DNA of 64,000 nucleotides from an uncultured delta proteobacterium (GTDB lineage: Bacteria; Myxococcota_A; Polyangia; Fen-1088). Position numbers and translations under genes: made by a program. Positions within the stretch are counted from its first letter, which is position 1; each line of letters starts with the position of its first letter. Below are positions 49,574 to 60,512 of the stretch, piece after piece. The notes under the pieces were generated by a model, which worked only from the letters and a program-made list of their open reading frames with translations, had not been told where the DNA came from and made no database searches. The DNA lies in contig CAVWIP010000015.1 in NCBI GenBank assembly GCA_963755125.1, positions 288,001 to 352,000 of the forward strand, given 5' to 3'.

Positions 49574-50611
49574 TCAGACAGTCCCCGCACGCCGGGGCGC
49601 TGCTTCTTCCGCCAACTGGCGCACCAGGCGGGTCAACTGGATCTCGGGATCCACGCGCGACGATTTGAGCGCGCGGTCGGCCTGGTACAGGCGTTCGAAG
49701 CTGCGACGAAGGGCAGCCTCGGACATGCGCCGCGCGGGAACCAGCACGTCGTCGAGGAAGAAGGGCGGCAGTCCCACCGCCGCAGCCATCTCGGCACGGG
49801 GCACGTTCGCAGCGGCCAGCTCTTTCGCGCGCCAGGTTTGCCGAAGCTGGCGCAGCAACATGGCCTGGATACGCAGGGGCGGCTCGCGGTTGCGGAGCAT
49901 GTTGGTGATCAGGTCGAGCGCCCGCCGAGTGTCGCCCGTGCCGATGGCCTTGGTCAGTTCGAACACGTTTCGCTCGCGCGATTCCGGCACCAGATCCTCG
50001 ACCTGGGCTCGGCTGATGCGAGCGGCCTTGCCGGCGTAGATCTGCAATTGCTCCAGCGCCTGCATGAGACGGCCCAGATCGGGGCCGGCCGCGTCGGCCA
50101 GCGCCTCGGCCGCATCGCTGTCGATGGTCATGCCGCGTGTCTTGGCTTCACGGGCGATGAACGGGCCCAACTCGCGATCCTTGAGCCGCGCGAATTCGTG
50201 AAGGTATCCTGCGCGCCGCAACGCCAGAAAGGCGCGCAGGCGGCCGTCGACCTTCTCGGCCAGCAGCACCAGGCAGGTGCTGGGATTGGGGTGGGCGGCG
50301 TAAGCCGCGAGCGGTTCGAGGGCGTCGGCCTTTACCTGCTCCAGGCCGCGGGCGATCACCAGGCGTTGCTTGGCAAACATGGGTAGGGTGCGGGCTGCTG
50401 CCAGAACCTCGACCAGGGCAACCTCCTTCAGGTCGAAGAGTTCGCAGTTGAGCCCCGAGGTGTCTTCCCCCCTTGCTCCCAGGATTTTGCGGCGCAAGAC
50501 CGCCACGCAGCGGTCGACGAGAAAGCGCTCCGGGCCATGCAGACAGTACAGGGGCGCGATTTCACCGCGTTCGATGGAACGCAGCAGATCGGGTTCTTCC
50601 CGCGCAGGCAC
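49574..50611 (-). CDS. holA: DNA polymerase III delta subunit
   Basis: PLYCLHGPERFL, TLPMFAKQRLV, NVFELTKAI, ADRALKSS; usual rpsT neighbour. Confidence 0.93.
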   Translation of the reverse strand: MPAREEPDLLRSIERGEIAPLYCLHGPERFLVDRCVAVLRRKILGARGEDTSGLNCELFDLKEVALVEVLAAARTLPMFAKQRLVIARGLEQVKADALEPLAAYAAHPNPSTCLVLLAEKVDGRLRAFLALRRAGYLHEFARLKDRELGPFIAREAKTRGMTIDSDAAEALADAAGPDLGRLMQALEQLQIYAGKAARISRAQVEDLVPESRERNVFELTKAIGTGDTRRALDLITNMLRNREPPLRIQAMLLRQLRQTWRAKELAAANVPRAEMAAAVGLPPFFLDDVLVPARRMSEAALRRSFERLYQADRALKSSRVDPEIQLTRLVRQLAEEAAPRRAGTV

Positions 50612-50634
50612 CAGATGGGCTTACCATATCCGCG

Positions 50635-52546
50635 CTACTTCAACACACGGATGCTGTCGCCGTCGACGAAATAGACGAGGGGCGGATCGACGCGGCCGTG
50701 GTCAGGACCGAAACGGATGTCGCCGGTCATCCCTTCGAAACGCCCGCTGGAGATCAGGCGCAGGACATCGGCGCGCGTGCGCGCCCCACGCTCGACCGCC
50801 CCGCGCAGGATGGACAGGCCGTCGTACCCGTAGGCGTCAGCAGCGGTCGGGTTGCTGCCATAGACATCGCGGAAGCGGGCCACGAAGTTTCCGCTGCGCG
50901 TGTCCTCGGCCGGGTAGTAGCCAGGACAGAGCATGGCGCCCTGGACGTAGCGTTCGGCGTTGCGGAGCAGTCGCTCGGAGAGGCTCAGGGCGGTGGAGAG
51001 CAAGAGAAGCTCGCGCCGGCCGGAGGTCGGTGCGGTGGTCGAACGAGGGCGCCACCAGTATGCGCGGCCGACGGGGCCAGATGTCAGCCACCGCCAGGGC
51101 CGGTGCGATGAGTTCCAGGCGCGCGGCCTCGTCGGGCACAAACAGGGCATCGAAGGCAAGCCTGCGCAGCTCATTCACCTGCGCGGAGAAAGACGTGGCG
51201 CCCGCGACATAGGTGACGTGCGCGACCAGCGTGCCACCACCGGCCGTCAGGGCATTCTTGAAGGCGCCGGCCAGGCGCTTGCCCGAGGCGCTGTCCGGCC
51301 CCAGCACCACGAAGCGGCGCGCCCCCAGCGCCAGCGCCCGCTGCGCCAACGCAGTGGCGCGTGACTCGGGCGCGTGGACCAGTTGGAACGCGGTGGTGCG
51401 GGAACCCGGCGCATGCTCGTCGAGCAGCAGGAAAGGCACGCCGTCGCGCGCGGCCAGTTCGATGCCGCGCGGATCAGGCGCGCCCAGAAGACCGATGACC
51501 GATTCCTCGCGCGCCAGCGACCAGGCCGCCGCACCCACGCCCGCGGTCCCGGCACGCTCGGCGGGAGCAGCGGCGTCGCGCACCAGGAGTTGATACGAGG
51601 ACGGCTCGCCCGAGGGCATGGGATCGGCCATCACCAGCATTGCCCCGCGCAGAACCACCTCGCCCAGCCGGGCTTGCGCTCCCGACTGGGGAACCGCCAG
51701 GCCGAGGCGAAGCGGATCGCCGGACGCCGACCCTTGCAGGGGCGGATCAAATCCAAGCTTGCGCCGAGTGAGGCCGATGTCTTGCTCCAGCCTGACGGCG
51801 CCGGCTTCGTCGCCCCGGGCGCGCAACGCTGCCACGGCGTGCGCCCCGAGCATGGCGCGCACGAAGGGAGAGCGAGGACCATTCAGGGCGGACAGAGCGG
51901 CCTCGCCGGGAATCTTCTCGGCCAGTTCCTCGGCGCGGCGGCGGGCATAGGCGCGCTCGTTCTCCCGGGTCCCGTCGACGCTGCGGTACTCTTCCCACTG
52001 CTCGATGGCCGCAACTGGATCTCCGGTCCCGGCCAGGGCCTCGGCCGCAGCCGCGCGCAGAAGCAGCGGCGCATCGGGGTCGGTCAGACCTCCGACCAGC
52101 GGCGGTCCGGACGCGAGAAACTGACGCAGCAACGCCACCGCCATGACGGCGTTACCCAGTCGGCTGGCGGCGATTCCGAGAAGGAAGTCGAAGTCGGGCG
52201 TTCTTGCGCCCGCGCCAGCTTTCTCCAGCGTGACCTTCGCGCCGGCCTCGTCACTGGAAACGATCTGGACGCGCGCCAGAAGGGCAAGCGCAGCCGGACG
52301 CTGGCGATGGTCGGGATGGTTGACCAGGAAGGCCTCCAGGGCACCACGCGCGGTGGCTGGATCCGCGACGAAGGCCTTGCTGGCGGCCGCGCGGAAATCC
52401 GCGTCACCCCCGCGATCTTCTCGCGGCACGCCCGCGTCGGGCGCGCTTGCATCGGGCGAAGTGGGGACAAAGCTCTCCTGGCGGGCCTGCACCTGCCCGC
52501 TAGCGCAGCCAGCGAGCAAGAAAGCCGTGAGCACCCATGCGCGCAT
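50635..52546 (-). pseudogene. LppC/LpoA-like lipoprotein (TPR plus periplasmic-binding fold) split by one frameshift
   Basis: Lipobox LLAGC; frame 1 is protein-like to LAVADIWP, frame 2 resumes LLLSTA...AYGYD...FEGMTGDIRF; switch at about 51030-51075. Confidence 0.75.
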
Positions 52547-52651
52547 GGGTCGGTTCTACGCCACTCGCGCGTTCATGGGAACGGCGAAACCGTAGGCACC
52601 GCCCGCGCCCACGCGGATGAGGGTGTTGATGGTGATTCCTCCTTTGCTTGT

Positions 52652-53323
52652 TCAATCGGGCTGCGTCCCCACAAAGACCTGGAGACGAAGATAGAAGTTG
52701 TGGATACCTAGGCCCTGAAGCGGAATCTCGAAGATCGAGCCCGAGGGCGACATGGGCGGAATGTCGACGTCAACCATCTGCTCGTCTTCAATCATCCCTT
52801 GTTGCTGGCAAAACGCGCAAGGCGACATCCAGTCGCGCCCGGAACCGCCGCACTCCGGGCACTGACTGAATACCGGAACGCCGATGGGCACCACACACCC
52901 GCGCCACGCCTCCTCGGGCGTGAGGTGCACTTCGAAATTGAGATCCTCCAGACGTTCGGACTTGGGAACCCCGAGACCGCTGAAGTTCCGCAGAAACCGG
53001 TCGACCATCGCTTCGAACGAAGGGCGGATGCTTTGCGGATTTCCGAGGACGCTGACCGGCTCACGGACCAGTGGTGTTGCGCGGCTGTCTACAGCCACAT
53101 CACCGTTCTCCGCCTGCTCGAGTTCGCGGTTGTAGGCGCGGCGCTGCTGGGGATCCGACAGCACGTCGTAGGCTTCGGTGATTTCCTGGAAGGCACGCGT
53201 GGCCTCCGCTCCCGCCACATCGGGATGGAACCTTTTGGCGAGGTCGCGATAGGCCGCGCGTATGCCTCTGGGAGTCTCGGTATCAGAGACACCGAGGATC
53301 ATGTAGTACGTCTTCCTTTCCAT
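52652..53323 (-). CDS. DnaJ-domain protein with partial Zn finger
   Basis: YYMILGV, HPD, EAYDVLSDP, CPECGGSG. Confidence 0.9.
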   Translation of the reverse strand: MERKTYYMILGVSDTETPRGIRAAYRDLAKRFHPDVAGAEATRAFQEITEAYDVLSDPQQRRAYNRELEQAENGDVAVDSRATPLVREPVSVLGNPQSIRPSFEAMVDRFLRNFSGLGVPKSERLEDLNFEVHLTPEEAWRGCVVPIGVPVFSQCPECGGSGRDWMSPCAFCQQQGMIEDEQMVDVDIPPMSPSGSIFEIPLQGLGIHNFYLRLQVFVGTQPD

Positions 53324-53376
53324 GTAGCTGACTCCTCCCGGTCAGCAGCACTTGAGAAAGATGACCCAGACAGGAA

Positions 53377-53787
53377 TCAGCCGGTCCGCACCGTGATCTG
53401 GCGCGCCCGAGCTTTCTCGACCTTGGGCAGCTCGAGCCTGAGCACGCCGTCGGTGAGCTTGGCATCGATCTTGGCCTGATCGATGCTTTCCGCGAGCGTG
53501 AACTGGCGGAAGAAGGTCCCGGTCTGGTACTCACGGAGGACGTCCGACTCCTTCTCGCCTTCTGGGGCCGTAACCCGGCCGGTGAGCGTGAGCACGCTTT
53601 CGCGGAGATCGATATTGAGATCCGGAGCCTTCACGCCCGGCATGTCTGCCAACACCGTGATCGAGGTGTCATTCTCGAAGATATCGACGGAGGGCGTGAA
53701 GACGGGGCCCGTCCGCGTCTGCTCGGGAACGGCTGGCACGCCCGGCTTGTCGGCCTTCTGGATCTCCTTGCTGGTGTCCCTTGCCAT
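53377..53787 (-). CDS. Hsp20/alpha-crystallin small heat-shock protein
   Basis: PSVDIFE, ADMPGV, DGVLRLELPK; AAGGAGG RBS. Confidence 0.95.
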   Translation of the reverse strand: MARDTSKEIQKADKPGVPAVPEQTRTGPVFTPSVDIFENDTSITVLADMPGVKAPDLNIDLRESVLTLTGRVTAPEGEKESDVLREYQTGTFFRQFTLAESIDQAKIDAKLTDGVLRLELPKVEKARARQITVRTG

Positions 53788-53816
53788 GGTGGTTTCCTCC
53801 TTTCCCTTGGGCGCAC

Positions 53817-53975
53817 TCATGTCTTCACCACGATCTGCCGGGGCTTGGCTTCCTCGGCCTTGGGCAGCGTGACGGTGAGGATGCCGTTGCGAAGCATCTC
53901 GCGCCGCAGACTATCGAAGTCGGCGAAGGGGGGATCGAACGTCGGCCGCGAGGGCCAGACCCTTCTAACGAGCAT
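53817..53975 (-). pseudogene. Hsp20 with in-frame internal deletion (52 aa)
   Basis: AAGGAGG RBS; MLVRR...FDSLRREMLR fused directly to NGILTVTLPKAEEAKPRQIVVKT*. Confidence 0.85.
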
Positions 53976-54073
53976 GGGTACCTCCTTTGGCTAGTTGTCC
54001 GAATGGAAGCTGCGATTCAGCCTCGCTGCGCGCCCAAATAATCACGTCGGTTTTTCCGTCAAGAGGGGAGAAC

Positions 54074-54093
54074 AGGGCGACCTGCGGTCACCC
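54074..54093. repeat. REP-like copy
   Basis: AGGGCGACCTGCGGTCACCC. Confidence 0.65.
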
Positions 54094-54258
54094 AAGGCCA
54101 GTGCTCCGCCCCGCAGCCCCGCGCGATCCGCAGATCGCACGGGAACACAACGCCCATGGTGCCCGGGCGTTGGCGGACATTTCTCGTCGGTGCCCGCCGT
54201 GGGCCACAGAACCGTCCAGGGTTCCGCCCCGAATCTTCAGATCATCGGCCGCCGACTT

Positions 54259-54444
54259 CTAGTTCTGCCGGGGCGGACGTCGCGTTCGCGTCTTTGTCTC
54301 CTCTTCGGGCAAACCCTCGACTGCCATGACCGCGCGAAGCTTCTTCACTTCTTCGGGGCTCAGGCGGGCCAGGTTTGCTTCTCCTCCCTCGTTGGTTGCA
54401 TCGTTCCAGTCAACCGATCCCGGACGGATGTGCCGTAGCTGCAT
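54259..54444 (-). CDS. Small hypothetical protein or gene fragment (61 aa)
   Basis: GGAG-rich RBS and coding-like composition; no family recognised. Confidence 0.4.
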   Translation of the reverse strand: MQLRHIRPGSVDWNDATNEGGEANLARLSPEEVKKLRAVMAVEGLPEEETKTRTRRPPRQN

Positions 54445-54657
54445 CGTCTCCCTCCCTCATTCTTCTTCGGCGGCGCCATTCTCCACGTCGCCACCTCGCC
54501 TTCCCAACCTTTGTGAACGAGAAGCTATTCCCAGAAGCTACGACAACATTTTCCCAGATCCGCCTGGGCTCGGACAGAAGAAATCGTGTAACGCAACGGG
54601 CCTGCGTCTGCGACATCTGCCGCGGCCTGCCCCGCGTGTGTTATGAAACTCGGCGCA

Positions 54658-56384
<1,727 letters not shown>

Positions 56385-56388
<4 letters not shown>

Positions 56389-57095
56389 GCGCGGGCGCGA
56401 TTCCGGCGCGCGAGCGTGTGATCGTCGCACTGGACGTGCCTGACCTGAAAGCGGCGGGCGATTTTCTCGACCGGCTGGAGAGCCAGCCGGTCTTCTACAA
56501 AGTCGGTCTGGAGCTGTTCGTGGCCGAGGGCGCGCGGGCCATCGAGGCGGTGCGCAGGCGCGGAGGCAAGGTCTTTCTCGACCTCAAGCTGCACGACATC
56601 CCGGAAACCGTGGCGCGCGCGGTGTCCTCGGCCATGGCCCTGGGCGCCGAGTTGCTGACCCTGCACACCGCCGGTGGCCTGGCCATGATGAAGCACGCGG
56701 CTCAGGCGGCGCAAGGGCGGGCCAAGCTGCTGGGCGTGACCGTGTTGACCAGCCTGGCCGAGGATGATCTCCGCGCCGATGGCATTGGCGGCAGCATGCG
56801 CGAGGCCGTGGTACGACGGGCGAGGCTGGCTAGCCAGGCCGGGATCGCAGGCGTAGTGTGCTCGCCGCAGGAAGTGGCGGACGTGCGCCAGGCGTGTCCG
56901 TCGCTATTGCTGGTGGTGCCTGGAGTACGGCCGGCTGGCGCTGATGTCGGCGACCAGAAGCGCGTGGCCACGCCGGCCTCGGCCATCGCCGCCGGCGCGG
57001 ACTATCTGGTCGTGGGCCGGCCCATTCGCGACGCCGCGAGCCCGGCAGCGGCCTTTGCCGGCATCGTTGCCGAGATCGCAGCAGCCGGGAAGTAG
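56385..57095 (+). CDS. pyrF: Orotidine-5'-phosphate decarboxylase
   Basis: [39 protein letters not shown] overlap with proS. Confidence 0.96.
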
Positions 57096-57099
57096 GCGC

Positions 57100-57858
57100 G
57101 TGGCAGAGGAACGAGCGTCGCGCGTCGTGTTCGGTGTACGGCCGGTCGAGGAGCTGTGCCGGGCGCGGCCGCGCGAGGTTGCCGTGGTTTACCTTGCCGA
57201 GGGGCACCGCTCGCACGAGATCGACGTGGCCGTGGCCGCGGCCAAGGATCGTGGCATTGCCGTCGAGATCCGGCCGCGCGCCCTGGTGGCCGGCTTGGCT
57301 GGCGCGCCGGCTCATCAGGGCATGGTGGCGATTGTCGGCGAATATCGCTACGCCCTCATCGCGGACATGCTGGCCGCGGCGCAGGCGGCGTCCGAGGCGC
57401 CGCTGCTCTTGCTGCTCGACTGCATCACCGATCCGCAGAATTTCGGCGCGCTGGTGCGCAGCGCGGAGGTGCTGGGCGCACATGGCGTGGTCATCCCCGA
57501 CAAGCACGCGGCGCCGGTGACCGGATCGGTGGTCAAGGCCTCGGCTGGTGCGAGCGAACGCATGCGCATCGCGCGGGTTCACAACTTGCTCGGGACGATC
57601 GACTGGCTCGGATCGCAGGGCGTGCGCGTGTGGGGCGCGGCCGCCGAGCGGGGCGTGCCCTTGGCCCAGGCGGAACTGGTCGGCCCCACGGGTTTGGTGG
57701 TGGGCGCCGAGGGCCGCGGCCTGCGTGAGGCCGTGGCGCGTCGCTGCGCGGGGGTCGTGCAGATTCCCCAGCGCGGGCAGGTCTCCTCGCTCAATGCCTC
57801 GGCCGCCGGGGCGATCCTGCTCTACGAGGCCATGCGCCAGCGTGGCGCACACCCGTAG
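57100..57858 (+). CDS. rlmB: 23S rRNA Gm2251 methyltransferase RlmB (SPOUT)
   Basis: HQG, DPQNFGALVRSA, KASAGA, GAEGRG, SLNAS. Confidence 0.92.
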   Translation: MAEERASRVVFGVRPVEELCRARPREVAVVYLAEGHRSHEIDVAVAAAKDRGIAVEIRPRALVAGLAGAPAHQGMVAIVGEYRYALIADMLAAAQAASEAPLLLLLDCITDPQNFGALVRSAEVLGAHGVVIPDKHAAPVTGSVVKASAGASERMRIARVHNLLGTIDWLGSQGVRVWGAAAERGVPLAQAELVGPTGLVVGAEGRGLREAVARRCAGVVQIPQRGQVSSLNASAAGAILLYEAMRQRGAHP

Positions 57859-57927
57859 CGGCCCCCACAACGGATTTGGCACGAGCGCCGGGTCTGCTAC
57901 ATTTCCTTGCTCGGAGGTCAACTGCAT

Positions 57928-59013
57928 ATGTCGTCACGCATTCCCGTCGCTGTCGTTGGCGCCACTGGGCTGGCAGGCCAGGAGTTCCTGGTTTCGCTGG
58001 CCGGGCATCCCATGCTCCAGGTCGTGAAGGTCGCGGCGTCCAGTCGCTCGGCCGGCAAGACCATGGCCAATGCGGTCAAGGACGACAAGGGTGCCTCGCG
58101 CTGGTTCTGCACAGAGCCGCTTCCCGACGAGATGGCCGGGCTCAAGGTCGAGGATTCGGCCACCATGACAACCGACGGTGTGCGTCTGGTGTTTTCCGCT
58201 GTGGAGGCGGACGTGGCGCGCGAACTGGAGCCCAAGTGCGCGGCCACCGTGCCCGTGATCTCGACTGCCAGCGCGTTTCGCTACGAGCCGGACGTGCCGA
58301 TCTTTCTTCCCGGAGTGAACTGGGATCACGCTGGTCTCATCGACGTCCAGCGCAAGAAGCGCGGATGGAAGGGGTTCATCACCCCTGGCCCGAATTGCAC
58401 CACCGTGGGCCTGGCCATGACCCTGCGTCCGCTGGACATCGCGTTCGGCATCGAGCGCGTGATCATGACCTCGATGCAGGCGCTCTCGGGCGCGGGCCGC
58501 TCACCTGGCGTCACCGCCATGGACATTCTCGACAACATCATTCCCTACATCCCCAAGGAAGAAGAGAAGGTCGAGAAGGAGACCACCAAGATCCTGGGCA
58601 AGCTGGTCGGGGACGCCATCGTGCCGGCGCCGCTGGCCGTGTCCTGCACCTGCACCCGAGTGAACGTGCTGGAAGGCCACACCGAGTCGGTCTTCGTCCA
58701 GTTGAAGCGTCCCACCCATCTCGACGACGTGAAGGCCGCGTGGCGCGAGTTCGGCGCCGACCTGGCGGGCCTGGGTCTGCCCTCGGCGCCCAAACACCTC
58801 ATCGCGATCCGCGAGGATCCCTATCGCCCGCAGGTGCGGCTGGACCGCGACGAGGCAGGCGGCATGGCCACCGTGGTGGGTCGCCTGCGCGAGGATTCCG
58901 CCCTGCCCAACGGCATCAAGTACATCCTGGTTTCGCACAATACCCGCATGGGCGCGGCCAAGGGCGCCATCCTGGTGGGTGAGTACCTGATCGAGAAGGG
59001 ATACATTTCGTAG
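57928..59013 (+). CDS. asd: Aspartate-semialdehyde dehydrogenase (archaeal/fungal-like subtype)
   Basis: GATGLAGQ, PNCTT, MQALSGAG, DNIIPYI..EEEK, RPQVRLDRD, SHNT. Confidence 0.95.
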   Translation: MSSRIPVAVVGATGLAGQEFLVSLAGHPMLQVVKVAASSRSAGKTMANAVKDDKGASRWFCTEPLPDEMAGLKVEDSATMTTDGVRLVFSAVEADVARELEPKCAATVPVISTASAFRYEPDVPIFLPGVNWDHAGLIDVQRKKRGWKGFITPGPNCTTVGLAMTLRPLDIAFGIERVIMTSMQALSGAGRSPGVTAMDILDNIIPYIPKEEEKVEKETTKILGKLVGDAIVPAPLAVSCTCTRVNVLEGHTESVFVQLKRPTHLDDVKAAWREFGADLAGLGLPSAPKHLIAIREDPYRPQVRLDRDEAGGMATVVGRLREDSALPNGIKYILVSHNTRMGAAKGAILVGEYLIEKGYIS

Positions 59014-59025
59014 GTGAAGTCGCCG

Positions 59026-60201
59026 CTACAACGTTGCGTGCTTCTCCTGAATCGTCGCCGCCAGCTTATCGACGGCCTGCAGGTCGGCCTCGGTGGGAAG
59101 GCCCTTGATCTCGACTGGATCGAGAAACTCGACCTTGAGATTGCCGAGCAAGCCCTTGAGGGTCTCCACGGTCTTGCCGCCCCAACCCAGCGAGCCGATG
59201 ACCGTGGCGAAACGTGCCTTGGGCCGTAGCATGTTGGCCACGTAGGCGGCGGACGCAGCGGCCGGGTGCGGCCCGGCCAGCACCGTGGACGTACCGATCA
59301 CCACGGTCGCCGCATCCACCAGGGCCATGGCCATGTGCCCGAGATCCATCGTGGGCAGGTTGATGCGTGTGACGCCCACGCCTCGGGCGATCAACCCATC
59401 CACCAGCCGGTCGACCATGATCTTGGTGCTGCCGTGCATGGACACATAGGCTACCACGGCTTGATTCTTGGGCGGCTCCGCGATCCAGTCCTTGTGCGCG
59501 TCCAGGATGAACTGCGGTCGGCGATACACCGGGCCGTGACTGGGCGCGATCATGTCCACGCCCAGGGATTCGATCTTCGCGATGTAGCCGGGCAGGCGCG
59601 CACGGAACGGCATCATGATCTCGGCGTAGTAGCGCTTGGCGGCCGGGTAGGCTTGCGCTTCGTCGTCGGCGAAAAGGTCGCTGGTCGCGCGGTGGGCGCC
59701 GAGAAAATCACAGGTGAAGAGGATCTTGTCTTCGCGCAGATGGGTGAACATGGTCTCCGGCCAGTGCACCCAGGGCGCAAAGATGAACTGCAGGGCGCGC
59801 CCGCCCAAATCCAACGTGTCGCCGTCCTTGATCAGGGTGACGGCCTCGGCCGGCAGGTGGACGTGCATCTTGAGCAGGTCGGCGCACTTCTGGTTGGTCA
59901 CCACCTTGGCCTCGGGGAAGCGAGCCAGCACTGCCGGCAAGCTGCCTGAATGGTCTTGCTCGGCGTGCTGCGCGACCACGTAGTCGAGCTTGCTCACGCC
60001 CGCGGCAGCCAGGTTGGCGAACAACTCGTCGGCAAAGACGCGGTCGACCGTGTCGAGCAGAACCACCTTGTCGCGGCCCTTGACCAGATAGGCGTTGTAG
60101 CTGGTGCCGTCGGGAAGCGGAATGAGGTCGTCGAACAGCGGCTTGTCCCAGTCGAGGACGCCCACCGCATGAACACCGGGCTTCAGGGTTCGCGCTGCCA
60201 T
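59026..60201 (-). CDS. fprA: Flavodiiron protein (FprA/Roo-type O2/NO reductase)
   Basis: GTSYNAYL, HAEQDH, VHWPE, CDFLGAH, PSHG, flavodoxin YVSMHGST; start MAARTL at 60201. Confidence 0.94.
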   Translation of the reverse strand: MAARTLKPGVHAVGVLDWDKPLFDDLIPLPDGTSYNAYLVKGRDKVVLLDTVDRVFADELFANLAAAGVSKLDYVVAQHAEQDHSGSLPAVLARFPEAKVVTNQKCADLLKMHVHLPAEAVTLIKDGDTLDLGGRALQFIFAPWVHWPETMFTHLREDKILFTCDFLGAHRATSDLFADDEAQAYPAAKRYYAEIMMPFRARLPGYIAKIESLGVDMIAPSHGPVYRRPQFILDAHKDWIAEPPKNQAVVAYVSMHGSTKIMVDRLVDGLIARGVGVTRINLPTMDLGHMAMALVDAATVVIGTSTVLAGPHPAAASAAYVANMLRPKARFATVIGSLGWGGKTVETLKGLLGNLKVEFLDPVEIKGLPTEADLQAVDKLAATIQEKHATL

Positions 60202-60221
60202 GGCTGTGTCTCCTTTTCGCG

Positions 60222-60395
60222 CTAGGCGGGGGAAAAGTTGTCCTTGCCCAAGCCGCAGGTCGGACACACCCAGTCCTCGGGCAGATCCTCGAACGGCGTG
60301 CCCGGCTTGATGCCGCCGTCCGGATCGCCCACGGCCGGATCGTATTCGTAGCCGCAGGCGTCGCACACGTACTTTTTCAATTTGTTGTCAGCCAT
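60222..60395 (-). CDS. Rubredoxin
   Basis: [11 protein letters not shown]...[18 protein letters not shown]. Confidence 0.97.
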   Translation of the reverse strand: MADNKLKKYVCDACGYEYDPAVGDPDGGIKPGTPFEDLPEDWVCPTCGLGKDNFSPA

Positions 60396-60512
60396 AGCCG
60401 CCAAGGACTAGCGTTCTTTGCGCCAGGTTTCAACGCCCGTCAATCTCGCCGCGCCTGCACGTTGACAGAGGGGCAGGGCAGGGCAAGGATTGTGGACTGT
60501 GAGGACTCCGCG

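Noticed and set aside
54030..54063. Heat-shock promoter or CIRCE element before the hsp20 genes
   Set aside because: CTTGAC is present on the minus strand, but there is no convincing CCCCAT -10 and no TTAGCACTC repeat
60202..60366. Rubredoxin-flavodiiron fusion (flavorubredoxin)
   Set aside because: Rubredoxin is in a different frame with its own stop, and fprA has its own AAGGAG RBS
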